DNA from: a virus
Lineage: Duplodnaviria > Caudoviricetes
Length of the DNA: 39,104 nt
Strand: one strand, 5' to 3'
Virus record (IMG/VR): IMGVR_UViG_3300033146_002620
Span: 1-39,104 of that record
Positions 1 to 8,768 of the stretch are shown in pieces. Position 1 is the stretch's first letter. Each line of letters starts with the position of its first letter. The notes beneath the pieces were generated by a model. It worked only from the letters and a program-made list of their open reading frames with translations, was not told the DNA's origin and did no database searches. A program made the position numbers and the translations under genes.

Positions 1-36
1 ATTATTATTTTCTCTTTTTTATTTTTATGAGTTTAT

Positions 37-228
37 CTATTTTTTCATAGATTTAACCACTTTTACTGATTCTGATCTATATCGTGGAACTAATTTTTTA
101 ATAACACCCAATGCTATTCTCACATCTGCTTCCGCAGTTTTATTACCAATATCATTGAATTTTTTATGCCTTTCTCTTACAATTTTAAATTGTTCTTCTA
201 ATTGTTCATATAAATCTTCTAATTCCAT
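37..228 (-). CDS. Histone H1-like (Hc1-family, Bacteroidota-type) small basic protein
   Basis: From the ATG at 228 it reads MELEDLYEQLEEQF...GNKTAEADVRIALGVIKKLVPRYRSESV. This resembles the GNKxA..R.R.A...IxKL...RK.S pattern of Bacteroidota Hc1-like proteins. Confidence 0.6.
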   Translation of the reverse strand: MELEDLYEQLEEQFKIVRERHKKFNDIGNKTAEADVRIALGVIKKLVPRYRSESVKVVKSMKK

Positions 229-324
229 ATTTATTGTTTTTATTTTTTTGATTATAATAATCAACACATTATATATATATATTATTAATGGTGTTCAAAT
301 TAATATATTATAGAACTTTATATA

Positions 325-2877
325 TTATCCACATTTTGACCATCCGCAACCTTCTTTTTCTTTGGTATCTAAGCAAGTTAAACAACCATCAGTATATGAT
401 AATTTATTACCACACATTGGGCACACTTTATCTCTGGTATCAGCATCATCTAAAATATATGGTTTTAACATTCTTTTTATCCCACTTTTCCACGATACTA
501 TTGTATCTGGTATTTCTAATGAATCAATTAAGTTAATAACATTTGGTAATGGCATACCATGTCTAATTACACCAGAAATCAATTTAGCATAATTCCAATA
601 TTCTTTATTGAATGCTCTTGACAACCCTTTATATATTTGCTCATATCCATCTCTGTCAACATATTCAAAATCATATCTTGATTTACCATTTTTTTCTTTA
701 TTTCTTACAATAAAACCACTTTCAATATAATTAGGTATAGAAATTGCATCTATTAATCCAGTAAATGTTTCATATGGGGAATCATTCAATAAACCAACAA
801 ATCCAATCCATTTTTCTTTATTATTTTGAAATCTTAAAATTTCACACTTTAATTTTTTAGGTCTTTTTGGTGCATTATTTTCTTTAATTATTTCATTAAC
901 AGATTTTTCATTTTTCTTATCAGATACCAAAACTCCTGTACGACTACCATCTCTATAAACAGTGACTCCTTTACATTTTGATTCCCATGCTGTTTTATAA
1001 ACATTCCCAACGATTTCTTCCGTAGCTTCTTTTGGTAAATTAACGGTAACAGAAATTGAATGATCAACCCATTTTTGAATTTGTCCTTGCATCTTTACTT
1101 TTTCAACCCAATCAATATCATTTGATGTTGCATTATAATATGGTGATTCTTTAACTAATTCATTTAAATCATCATTGGTATATTTATTCATATCGCTTAT
1201 ATCATACCCATTCACTTTCATCCATAATTTAAATTTATGATGAACAACAGTATATTCTTCCCAAGAATCATTATTTTCATCTACAAAATCAATTCTAATA
1301 TTTTTATCATTTGGATTTATTTTTCTTCTTCTTTTATATGCAACAAGAAATGCTGGTTCAATACCAGAAGTTGTTTGTGTCATTAATGATACTGACCCAG
1401 TTGGTGCAATTGTTAATAATGATATATTTCTTCTACCAAATTTTAATAACTCTTTTAACTCTTCATCTGCTTCAGCTAATCGTTCAATGAATGGATTTCC
1501 GATTTCTTTTTCATTATCCCATATCGTAAATGAACCTCTATCTTGTGCTAATTTACAACTAGATTTATATACTTCTATTGCTAATATTTTATGTATTTCA
1601 GTAGAAAAATTTGATGCTTTTTTTGTACCATATGTTAAATTCATTGCAGCTAACATATCACCCTCAGCAGTAATACCTATACCGGTTCTTCTTCCTTTTT
1701 TTGCCATATCAATCATATTTTTCCATAATTCAATTTCTACGGTTTTAATATTTAATGGTTCAGGATCAGAATTTATTTTTTCCAAAATTTTCTCTATTTT
1801 TTCTATCTCTAAATCAACTATATCATCCATAATTCGCTGTGCCCACGCTGAATGTTCTTTAAATAGTTTATAATTAAATTTAGCATTTTTTGTAAATGGG
1901 TCAATAACATATGAAAATAAATTTATAGCCAATAATCTACATGAATCATATGGTGGTAATGGAATTTCACCACACGGATTTGTGCTAACAGTTTTAAATC
2001 CATGATCTGCATAACAATCAGATACAGATTCATTTATTACTGTATCCCAAAATAAAATTCCAGGTTCAGCAGATTTCCAAGCATTATGTACAATTTTATT
2101 AAAAAATGGTTTAGCATCTGTTTTAAAGCTAACTACTGGGTTTTTAGAATTAATTGGATACATCTGTTCAAATGTAGTATCATTAATAACAGACTCCATA
2201 AAATCATCATTTATTTTTAAAGATATATTTGCACCAGTTACTTTACCCTCTTCCATTTTTGCATCCATAAACAACTTTGAATCTGGATGTCTAACATCAC
2301 AACTTAACATTAATGCACCACGTCTACCATCTTGACCAACTTCTCTTGTTGAATTTGAATATCGTTCCATAAATGAAACCAAACCAGTTGATGTTAATGC
2401 TGAATTTCTAACAATTGAACCACTTGGTCTTATGTGTGATAAATCATGACCAACTCCACCACGTCTTTTCATTAATTGTACTTGTTCTTCATCTACTTTC
2501 ATAACAGATCCATATGAATCATATTCATGACCAACAACAAAACAATTTGATAATGATACAATTTGTTTATTGTTACCAATTCCACTCATTGGTCCACCTT
2601 GAGGAATAATATATTTAAAATCTTTTAATATATTAAATATCTCTTCTTCTGATTTAGGGTTTTTATATTTTTTTTCTATTCTGGACAATTCTTTGGCAAG
2701 TCTATTGTGCATATCTTTTGGTGTTAACTCATATAAATTACCTAATGAATCTTTCAATGCATATTTATTTATCCAAACATTTGTTGCTAATTCATCACCC
2801 TTAAAATACTCTAATGTTTTATTAAATGCTTCTTCTCTTGTATAAACATTTTCTTTTATTTTTGTTACTTCACTCAT
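325..2877 (-). CDS. nrdJ: Class II (adenosylcobalamin-dependent) ribonucleotide reductase
   Basis: 850 aa with SLSNCFV, RRGGVG, GRRGALM, TNPCGEIPL, TIAPTG, VDHSISVTVN and KGVTVYRDGSR motifs. It has a C-terminal CPMCG...C..C...CGWSKCG zinc ribbon and no adjacent small subunit. Confidence 0.93.
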   Translation of the reverse strand: MSEVTKIKENVYTREEAFNKTLEYFKGDELATNVWINKYALKDSLGNLYELTPKDMHNRLAKELSRIEKKYKNPKSEEEIFNILKDFKYIIPQGGPMSGIGNNKQIVSLSNCFVVGHEYDSYGSVMKVDEEQVQLMKRRGGVGHDLSHIRPSGSIVRNSALTSTGLVSFMERYSNSTREVGQDGRRGALMLSCDVRHPDSKLFMDAKMEEGKVTGANISLKINDDFMESVINDTTFEQMYPINSKNPVVSFKTDAKPFFNKIVHNAWKSAEPGILFWDTVINESVSDCYADHGFKTVSTNPCGEIPLPPYDSCRLLAINLFSYVIDPFTKNAKFNYKLFKEHSAWAQRIMDDIVDLEIEKIEKILEKINSDPEPLNIKTVEIELWKNMIDMAKKGRRTGIGITAEGDMLAAMNLTYGTKKASNFSTEIHKILAIEVYKSSCKLAQDRGSFTIWDNEKEIGNPFIERLAEADEELKELLKFGRRNISLLTIAPTGSVSLMTQTTSGIEPAFLVAYKRRRKINPNDKNIRIDFVDENNDSWEEYTVVHHKFKLWMKVNGYDISDMNKYTNDDLNELVKESPYYNATSNDIDWVEKVKMQGQIQKWVDHSISVTVNLPKEATEEIVGNVYKTAWESKCKGVTVYRDGSRTGVLVSDKKNEKSVNEIIKENNAPKRPKKLKCEILRFQNNKEKWIGFVGLLNDSPYETFTGLIDAISIPNYIESGFIVRNKEKNGKSRYDFEYVDRDGYEQIYKGLSRAFNKEYWNYAKLISGVIRHGMPLPNVINLIDSLEIPDTIVSWKSGIKRMLKPYILDDADTRDKVCPMCGNKLSYTDGCLTCLDTKEKEGCGWSKCG

Positions 2878-2917
2878 AGTGTTTTTATTTTTTTCTTTTT
2901 TTCTTATATGTTATTTT

Positions 2918-3637
2918 TTAAATAAAGTTTATATTTTGTATATCATTTAAAAATCCTTTATCTTTTAATTCCTTAATTATCCCTGATGCATTTTTCTTAT
3001 TTAGTAATTTAAACATATTAAAAATTTTATCTGTAAAATAATATGAAAGCTCCACAAATATTTCTGACTTGGTGTATTTGATACTTAATTCACTAATACA
3101 CATATCATAATATTTATTAAATGTTAATTTGTTTGGTTTTCTTCTATTTTCTAAAAATTTAATATCTGTTTGGTTATCTAATATATCATAAATATCTTGG
3201 GTTAATTCTTTTTTATAAATATAATCTTCATTGTTGTGTGTTTCATAATCAAAATTAGTACCTTTTTCTATTTCAAATGTATTATTAAAAAAGTCTGTTG
3301 TTTCGTGTAAATTATCATTTTCTTCTTCTTCTTTTTTCCCTAATATTATTGTATCTCTTTTTAATGCGTGAGTTCCTTCTAATTTATGTTTATTTGCTGT
3401 TTTTTTAAACATAATTTCAAAATCATTATCTTCATTTTCAATAACATTATTATTTTTAGAATTATTATCTTCATTATTTTCAATAAATTCTTCTTCTAAT
3501 AATTCTTCTTCTATATCTCCCAACACTTCTATTTTTACTATATTTTCTGTATTTTCTGTATTTTCTGTATTTTCTATATTTTCTATATTTTCCGTATTTT
3601 CTGTGTTTTCTATTTCATTTAATTTATTGTTTGACAT
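2918..3637 (-). CDS. Hypothetical protein with an acidic low-complexity N-terminus (C-terminal helical domain weakly reminiscent of T4 gp33)
   Basis: 239 aa ORF co-oriented between the helicase and nrdJ, with EN(T/I) repeats. The gp33 similarity is only an impression. Confidence 0.6.
   Translation of the reverse strand: MSNNKLNEIENTENTENIENIENTENTENTENIVKIEVLGDIEEELLEEEFIENNEDNNSKNNNVIENEDNDFEIMFKKTANKHKLEGTHALKRDTIILGKKEEEENDNLHETTDFFNNTFEIEKGTNFDYETHNNEDYIYKKELTQDIYDILDNQTDIKFLENRRKPNKLTFNKYYDMCISELSIKYTKSEIFVELSYYFTDKIFNMFKLLNKKNASGIIKELKDKGFLNDIQNINFI
3540..3616. repeat. 9-bp tandem repeat (about 8 copies) encoding EN(T/I)
   Basis: TATTTTCTG/TATTTTCTA units on the + strand; the protein reads IENTENTENIENIENTENTENTENI. 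Confidence 0.85.
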
Positions 3638-3672
3638 ATTTATTTATTTATTTATTTTTTTCTGATTAGATA

Positions 3673-5001
3673 TTAAACAATACCAATAAAATCATCGTTT
3701 TCCATATTAAGAAAATTTTGATTAAAATCAAATTTTACTTGTTCACCTGCGTTTTCTCCATCTCTTAATTTTAATATTTTTAATCTATATAAATTATTTT
3801 TTTTCATTTCTGGGTTTCTAATAATCCCCCAAAAAGTATCCGCAGTTTCTGCTAATGCTTTTGACTCTGGAACATTTTTTAAATCTATATCATTACCACC
3901 CCAAATAGCTTTATCTGTCTGTGTTGCTGTAATCATAACTACATTATGCTTATCAGCAATATATCTTAATCCTTCTGCTAAATGTTTACCTTTTAAAAAT
4001 AACATATTAGAAAAATCTAACCCTTTTTCTAAACCCATAATATTAACATAATCTACAATTACCATATTTATTTTAATACCCTTTCTTTCTTCAAATTTAG
4101 TTACAAAGTTATCTAAATCAGTAACAGTCATTGACCCAGTATCATATTTTTTAACTATTATTTTACCTGGTTTTGCCTTAAACATACCACCATTTTTCAT
4201 TTTCAAAGAATTTATTTTATTTTTCATATAAATTGAATCCTTTGCTTTTTCATCATAATTATCAATAGGTATCTTTAATCTCATAGAACCCATTCTTCTC
4301 ATACATTTTTGTGATGCCATCTCTAATGTAACAAATAACACATTTGCTCCTTGATCTGCTGCATTTACTGCAATATTTTGCATCCACATACTTTTTCCAA
4401 CTGATGTTTCTCCCATCAAAACATTTAGTGATGCTTGGTCCCACCCACCACTTGTGATTTTATCTATGGATGGCCAACCAGTTGACATTTTCTTATTTGA
4501 TTCTGTTACTTTGTGGTTATCTGGATCATCAAAATCATCACCTAAATCATCATCATCATCAGAAATCATTTTTGATTCATTAAATAATTGTATAATTTTT
4601 GCTGAAACTTCACTAACTTGATCAAAATCAATTTCATCTAAACCTCTGACATAATCAATAGATTTCATGATATTATTTTGTGTTGTTTTTGATAATTTCC
4701 AAGCTTTAAACCTAATATTTATCCAATCTTCTTCATATGCATCATTATTACCTTTTAAGATTGTTTTTACTATTTTATCAGAGGTATTTTTATCTATATC
4801 GTGTAATTTAACCATAGCTAAAATTTGCTGTGGTGTAGGAACTTTTTTAGAAACTATGTATTCATCTCTAGTTACTGTGTATATAAATTGTATATCATCA
4901 TTTGTAAAAAAATAATTTTCAACTTTATAAAATTGTTCAGGATTATCTAAAATATATTTAAAAAATACTTTTTCTAAACCAACATTAATTTTTTCTGCCA
5001 T
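3673..5001 (-). CDS. Replicative DnaB-family helicase (T4 gp41-like)
   Basis: Walker A GETSVGKS, plus FVTLEM, VIVDYVNIM, ITATQT, ESKALAETAD and KILKLRDG. Confidence 0.92.
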   Translation of the reverse strand: MAEKINVGLEKVFFKYILDNPEQFYKVENYFFTNDDIQFIYTVTRDEYIVSKKVPTPQQILAMVKLHDIDKNTSDKIVKTILKGNNDAYEEDWINIRFKAWKLSKTTQNNIMKSIDYVRGLDEIDFDQVSEVSAKIIQLFNESKMISDDDDDLGDDFDDPDNHKVTESNKKMSTGWPSIDKITSGGWDQASLNVLMGETSVGKSMWMQNIAVNAADQGANVLFVTLEMASQKCMRRMGSMRLKIPIDNYDEKAKDSIYMKNKINSLKMKNGGMFKAKPGKIIVKKYDTGSMTVTDLDNFVTKFEERKGIKINMVIVDYVNIMGLEKGLDFSNMLFLKGKHLAEGLRYIADKHNVVMITATQTDKAIWGGNDIDLKNVPESKALAETADTFWGIIRNPEMKKNNLYRLKILKLRDGENAGEQVKFDFNQNFLNMENDDFIGIV

Positions 5002-5028
5002 ATTATAAGTTTTTTTTATAATATATGT

Positions 5029-5050
5029 AGCTAATATTAAATTTTAGTTT
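5029..5050 (-). promoter_or_regulatory. Candidate middle-class promoter AAAC-N16-CTA upstream of the helicase
   Basis: The same spacing recurs upstream of uvsX, the MTase and ORF 20396-20827, and with N17 upstream of the exonuclease. Confidence 0.4.
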
Positions 5051-5069
5051 TTATAAATACTATTTATTT

Positions 5070-5369
5070 TTATATTATTTTGTTTGGTTTAGTTGATTTA
5101 TTTATATTTTTTGATTCGTGGTGTTTATTAATTCCCTGTAAAGCTAAATGGTGTGTTAAAATCATACCAAATATTATTATACTTTCATTTGATATTACAC
5201 CCTTATTAATATATGCATGATATAACTCTATACCAGAAAAAATAATAATCATGATTACTATCAATAATAGTAAAAAATATGACCCAATTCTTGTTGAGCT
5301 TTCTTTACCATCAGGAGAAATTATTGATTTCTTAATTATTTTTATTAATTTTTCTAAATAGTTCTTCAT
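5070..5369 (-). CDS. Two-TM membrane protein, putative holin
   Basis: DGKESSTR precedes a hydrophobic helix, followed by a second hydrophobic segment and a basic C-terminal tail. Confidence 0.5.
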   Translation of the reverse strand: MKNYLEKLIKIIKKSIISPDGKESSTRIGSYFLLLLIVIMIIIFSGIELYHAYINKGVISNESIIIFGMILTHHLALQGINKHHESKNINKSTKPNKII

Positions 5370-5388
5370 ATTATTGTTTATATTATAT

Positions 5389-5832
5389 TTATTTTTTTAA
5401 AATATCTTGTATTGTTTGATGTAAAAAATCATCAAATTCATATTCAAATCCCTCACAATAATCATATGGTGTTTTTCCTTCATCATCTTCAAAATTAACA
5501 TTAGCAACGTGTGTTTTTACGTTTAATATTATTTCACCATAAAGTCGTATATCATTTGGAAAAATAACATAACCACTAATTGTTATTATTTTATCTATAT
5601 GGTTAGTATCTAAATTATCCAATTCGAATAAAAAATCATTATGAGAATATTGTTTTCTGTTTGATTCTTGTGGTTTAATATCTTCTTCTCTTTTTAAATC
5701 AGCATTTGGATAATTATCTAAGAAATTAATTTCATCGTCACTTAACGATGATTTACCAATATTGTTTATTTTATCTAATATTATGTTTAAAGTATCTTCT
5801 TTATTTTCATATATTTTAAAATTTGTTATCAT
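5389..5832 (-). CDS. Putative head-associated protein with a capsid-targeting-like leader and a DUF6576-like helical motif
   Basis: N-terminus MITNFKIYEN, motif ILDKINNIGKSSLSDDEINFL, and TTTATATATA just upstream. Confidence 0.55.
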   Translation of the reverse strand: MITNFKIYENKEDTLNIILDKINNIGKSSLSDDEINFLDNYPNADLKREEDIKPQESNRKQYSHNDFLFELDNLDTNHIDKIITISGYVIFPNDIRLYGEIILNVKTHVANVNFEDDEGKTPYDYCEGFEYEFDDFLHQTIQDILKK

Positions 5833-5837
5833 ATAAC

Positions 5838-5847
5838 TATATATAAA
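5838..5847 (-). promoter_or_regulatory. Candidate late promoter TTTATATATA
   Basis: Lies 5 nt upstream of the ATG; the motif recurs before structural and cargo genes. Confidence 0.5.
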
Positions 5848-5848
5848 T

Positions 5849-5887
5849 AAAAAAAGCTAAAAATATATATATTTTAGCTTTTTTTTT
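5849..5887. terminator. Intrinsic terminator hairpin downstream of uvsX
   Basis: AAAAAAGCTAAAA...TTTTAGCTTTTTT inverted repeat with A/T tails on both sides. Confidence 0.7.
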
Positions 5888-5914
5888 AAATTATTCATTA
5901 AATATTAAATTTAA

Positions 5915-7123
5915 TTAATCAAATAGTGCTGTATCATCTAAATCGAAATCATCATCTTGTTCAAAATCATTATATTTATTATCCATTTCTTCTGCTATTT
6001 TTTCAATTTCATCTCTAGATGCATATGAAAAATATTTATATATGATTGGTTCTAATGCATCTAAAACATCATCTGTAAATATTCTTGAAACAAATAACTG
6101 TTTTTCATAAAAACTTTTATCTAAATGTTTAACATACCATTTTGTACCACCTGGTGTATATGTTAATTCACCACTTTTTTTATCAACTGTTTTTTTAACC
6201 TTAGCGATACCAACTTTATCAAAATTTTCTGGAGTACAAAAATATTCTAATCCTCTAAACTTATTTGTTCCAGTTGTGTGGTTTATTTCAAATTTGATTT
6301 TTTTAGGTTTTGCATTTCTATTTTTTCTAGCTAATGCTGTAACTAAAATACCAGACGAATTTAAATCTAATTCATCTTCTTCTCCAGTTTTAAGTTGTGC
6401 TTTTGTTAAATAAACAATAGTTGATGCTGAATAATCAACACCCTTTCCTCCTGATTGAATTGCTTTTGGGAACAAATCCATACTCATATAAATATGATTA
6501 GTTGCAATTAATGGTATATTTAAAAATCCTAAATCTGCATTTATTATTCTAAATAATGATTTGATTGCTTTTGCCCTAGACATATCTGCTTTATTTTTTC
6601 CACTAACAGCATCTTCAACTTCTTTATTTGATGCTAACTGACCAATAGAATCAAGGAAAACAATTGTGGGTACTATTTCATCACCATTCATTTTTGCTGT
6701 TTTTAATGTATCCAAAAATTGAGACATCATAAACTTAATATCTTCTACTTTGTTTGATCTAATTAACATAAAATTTTCTGGTGATACATCAATACCAAAA
6801 TCTTCTAATTCTGATAATTCAATTGAAAATTCAGTATCAATATAAATTACTTTAACACCTTTTTCTTGTGCATTTCTTGCTAAATTATAACAAATATACG
6901 ATTTACCAACTGCTTCTGGACCAGCAAATACAGTAAATCTATTATCTGACACACCACCTTTTTTTATTGATTTCGCAAGTAATGCATTTAACATATATAT
7001 ACCAGTATCTAAAAAGGTTCTTTCTTTTTTTTCAGTGTCAATAAGTATTGCTGTTTTTTTGGAAATTGTTTCCATTGCAGTATGCATATTAGCAAATGAA
7101 AAAGTAGATTTTTTTTTCGCCAT
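5915..7123 (-). CDS. uvsX: UvsX/RecA-family recombinase
   Basis: LDTGIYMLNALL, Walker A GPEAVGKS, YIDTEFS, FLDSIGQL, DMSRAK, ATNHIY and SGGKG..Y.AS. The acidic tail and the position upstream of the gp41-like helicase match T4. Confidence 0.92.
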   Translation of the reverse strand: MAKKKSTFSFANMHTAMETISKKTAILIDTEKKERTFLDTGIYMLNALLAKSIKKGGVSDNRFTVFAGPEAVGKSYICYNLARNAQEKGVKVIYIDTEFSIELSELEDFGIDVSPENFMLIRSNKVEDIKFMMSQFLDTLKTAKMNGDEIVPTIVFLDSIGQLASNKEVEDAVSGKNKADMSRAKAIKSLFRIINADLGFLNIPLIATNHIYMSMDLFPKAIQSGGKGVDYSASTIVYLTKAQLKTGEEDELDLNSSGILVTALARKNRNAKPKKIKFEINHTTGTNKFRGLEYFCTPENFDKVGIAKVKKTVDKKSGELTYTPGGTKWYVKHLDKSFYEKQLFVSRIFTDDVLDALEPIIYKYFSYASRDEIEKIAEEMDNKYNDFEQDDDFDLDDTALFD

Positions 7124-7190
7124 GTATTTAAATTATTTTTTTAAGATATAAATCTTATATTTTTTAGACATTAAAAAAAAAAAGTTTATA

Positions 7191-8164
7191 TTATAACCTA
7201 ACATTTAAATTTTTCTTTTTACATATATCCATAGATTTATCAGTAATATCACAACCAATATAATATCTATTATTATCTCTTGCTACTTCCATTGTTGTAC
7301 CAGAACCAACAAAAGCATCAAATATAGTATCTTCTTCATTAGATGATTGTAGAATTATTCTTTTCAATAAATCATATGGTTTTTGTGTATCATATAATAA
7401 TCCACCTTTATTAATATAACTTTTTCTTGTACCAATTGATTTCAAATCCCAAATATTTTGTATATATTTAGAATCATAATCATCAGCATATTGAATTTTT
7501 CTAGGGTTATTGTTTTTACTCCATTCTATTTGTCCACTATCATCTAAAAACATTAGTTTATCTGGGGTTGTCGCCCAATGTCTACCAGGAATAATTTTAA
7601 TTATTCCTCTTGTTGGGTGAACCCAATCTTTTCCAGTTATTCCATTTGATTCTCCTTTAGCGTGAAGTGGGATTGTAGTATATCTTCGCCCACCATCATC
7701 AATTTTGTTATATTGTTTTATTAATTCTGCTTCAGATTTTTGTTCTTGAATAAAATTCCAAGTGTAATCATTTTTACTTTTAGTATAATATAAAATATTA
7801 TCATAAATTCTACCCAATTTTTAGAATTGTTTTTAGCATTAGTTGCTTGTCTAATAATATCATTCTTAAAATTATCATAACCAAAAATATTATCTAACAT
7901 TATTTTCAAATAATGTGATAAGTGCCAATCACAATGAATATATATTGAACCATCATTTTTTAATATTCTATACATTTCTTTAAACCTTGGTTTATAAAAA
8001 TCTACTGCATCTTTTGGAGATTTAAATATAGTATCATCATAATCTTCTATATCTTTACTATTTGTACCATATAAAACATCAGAATAGATTAAATCAATAG
8101 AATTATCATCTATTAATTTCATTACTTTTAAATTATCTTGTTTATAAATTATATCTTTCTTCAT
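7191..8164 (-). pseudogene. N6A/N4C DNA methyltransferase (beta class) split by a 1-nt frameshift near 7813-7822
   Basis: The N-half (7721-8164) has IDLIYSDVLY, LKNDGSIYIHCDWH and IFGYDNFKN. The C-half (7191-7817) has TQKPYDLLKRII and DAFVGSGTT. One added base joins them into a 324-aa ORF. The break may be a sequencing error. Confidence 0.8.
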
Positions 8165-8317
8165 ATATAAGATAGTAATATTTTATTTTTTGTTTATTGA
8201 TATAAAAAAAAAAATACTATATAATATATTTGGACTGTAATTTATATATATATAAGTTTTTAAAAAGCATTATAGACAAAAAAATATTTTTGTTTAAAAA
8301 ATAATTAAAATATATAG

Positions 8318-8713
8318 ATGAATTTTTATATTACCCTAACAAAAACTAGAAGAAAATTTGATAAATACATTAAAATAAATAGAATAAGAAATAAAGTTAT
8401 AGTTGACATTAATGAATTAATGTTAGAATATGATATTGAAACATCAAAACATAAAGATTATTTTAATTTAATGGTATATACTAGAATAAATCACGCATTA
8501 AAAAAAGGAAAAGATATATATTATATTCCAGATTTTAATGCAAATGATATAAAATTAAAACAACTATTTAAATTAAAAGATTCGATTGATTTTGAAATAG
8601 ATTTTAATATTTTATTGTTTTATGATGAATTTGTGAATGATGTAGATATATTAGATGATATATATGATAATCTAAATAATTTCACATCTAGTCAAATCAT
8701 TAAAGATTATTAA
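8318..8713 (+). CDS. Hypothetical protein
   Basis: 131 aa ORF with an AT-rich leader; TTTATATATA at 8241-8250. Confidence 0.65.
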   Translation: MNFYITLTKTRRKFDKYIKINRIRNKVIVDINELMLEYDIETSKHKDYFNLMVYTRINHALKKGKDIYYIPDFNANDIKLKQLFKLKDSIDFEIDFNILLFYDEFVNDVDILDDIYDNLNNFTSSQIIKDY

Positions 8714-8740
8714 AAAAAAATAAATTTGATGTGGTGTTTT

Positions 8741-8750
8741 TTTATATATA
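8741..8750 (+). promoter_or_regulatory. Candidate late promoter TTTATATATA heading the baseplate cluster
   Basis: Lies 18 nt upstream of the ATG at 8769. Confidence 0.5.
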
Positions 8751-8768
8751 AAATAAAAACATATATAT

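Noticed and set aside
2918-3250. Firm call as the T4 gp33 late coactivator
   Set aside because: Only a vague helical pattern resemblance; it needs a profile search.
325-7123. Inteins or introns in nrdJ, the helicase or uvsX
   Set aside because: Lengths are normal, motifs are contiguous, and no splice-junction or homing-endonuclease motifs were seen.
8165-8317. tRNA, ncRNA or replication origin in the longest intergenic gaps
   Set aside because: No GC-rich stems, cloverleaf or iterons were seen; the content is explained by divergent promoter motifs.
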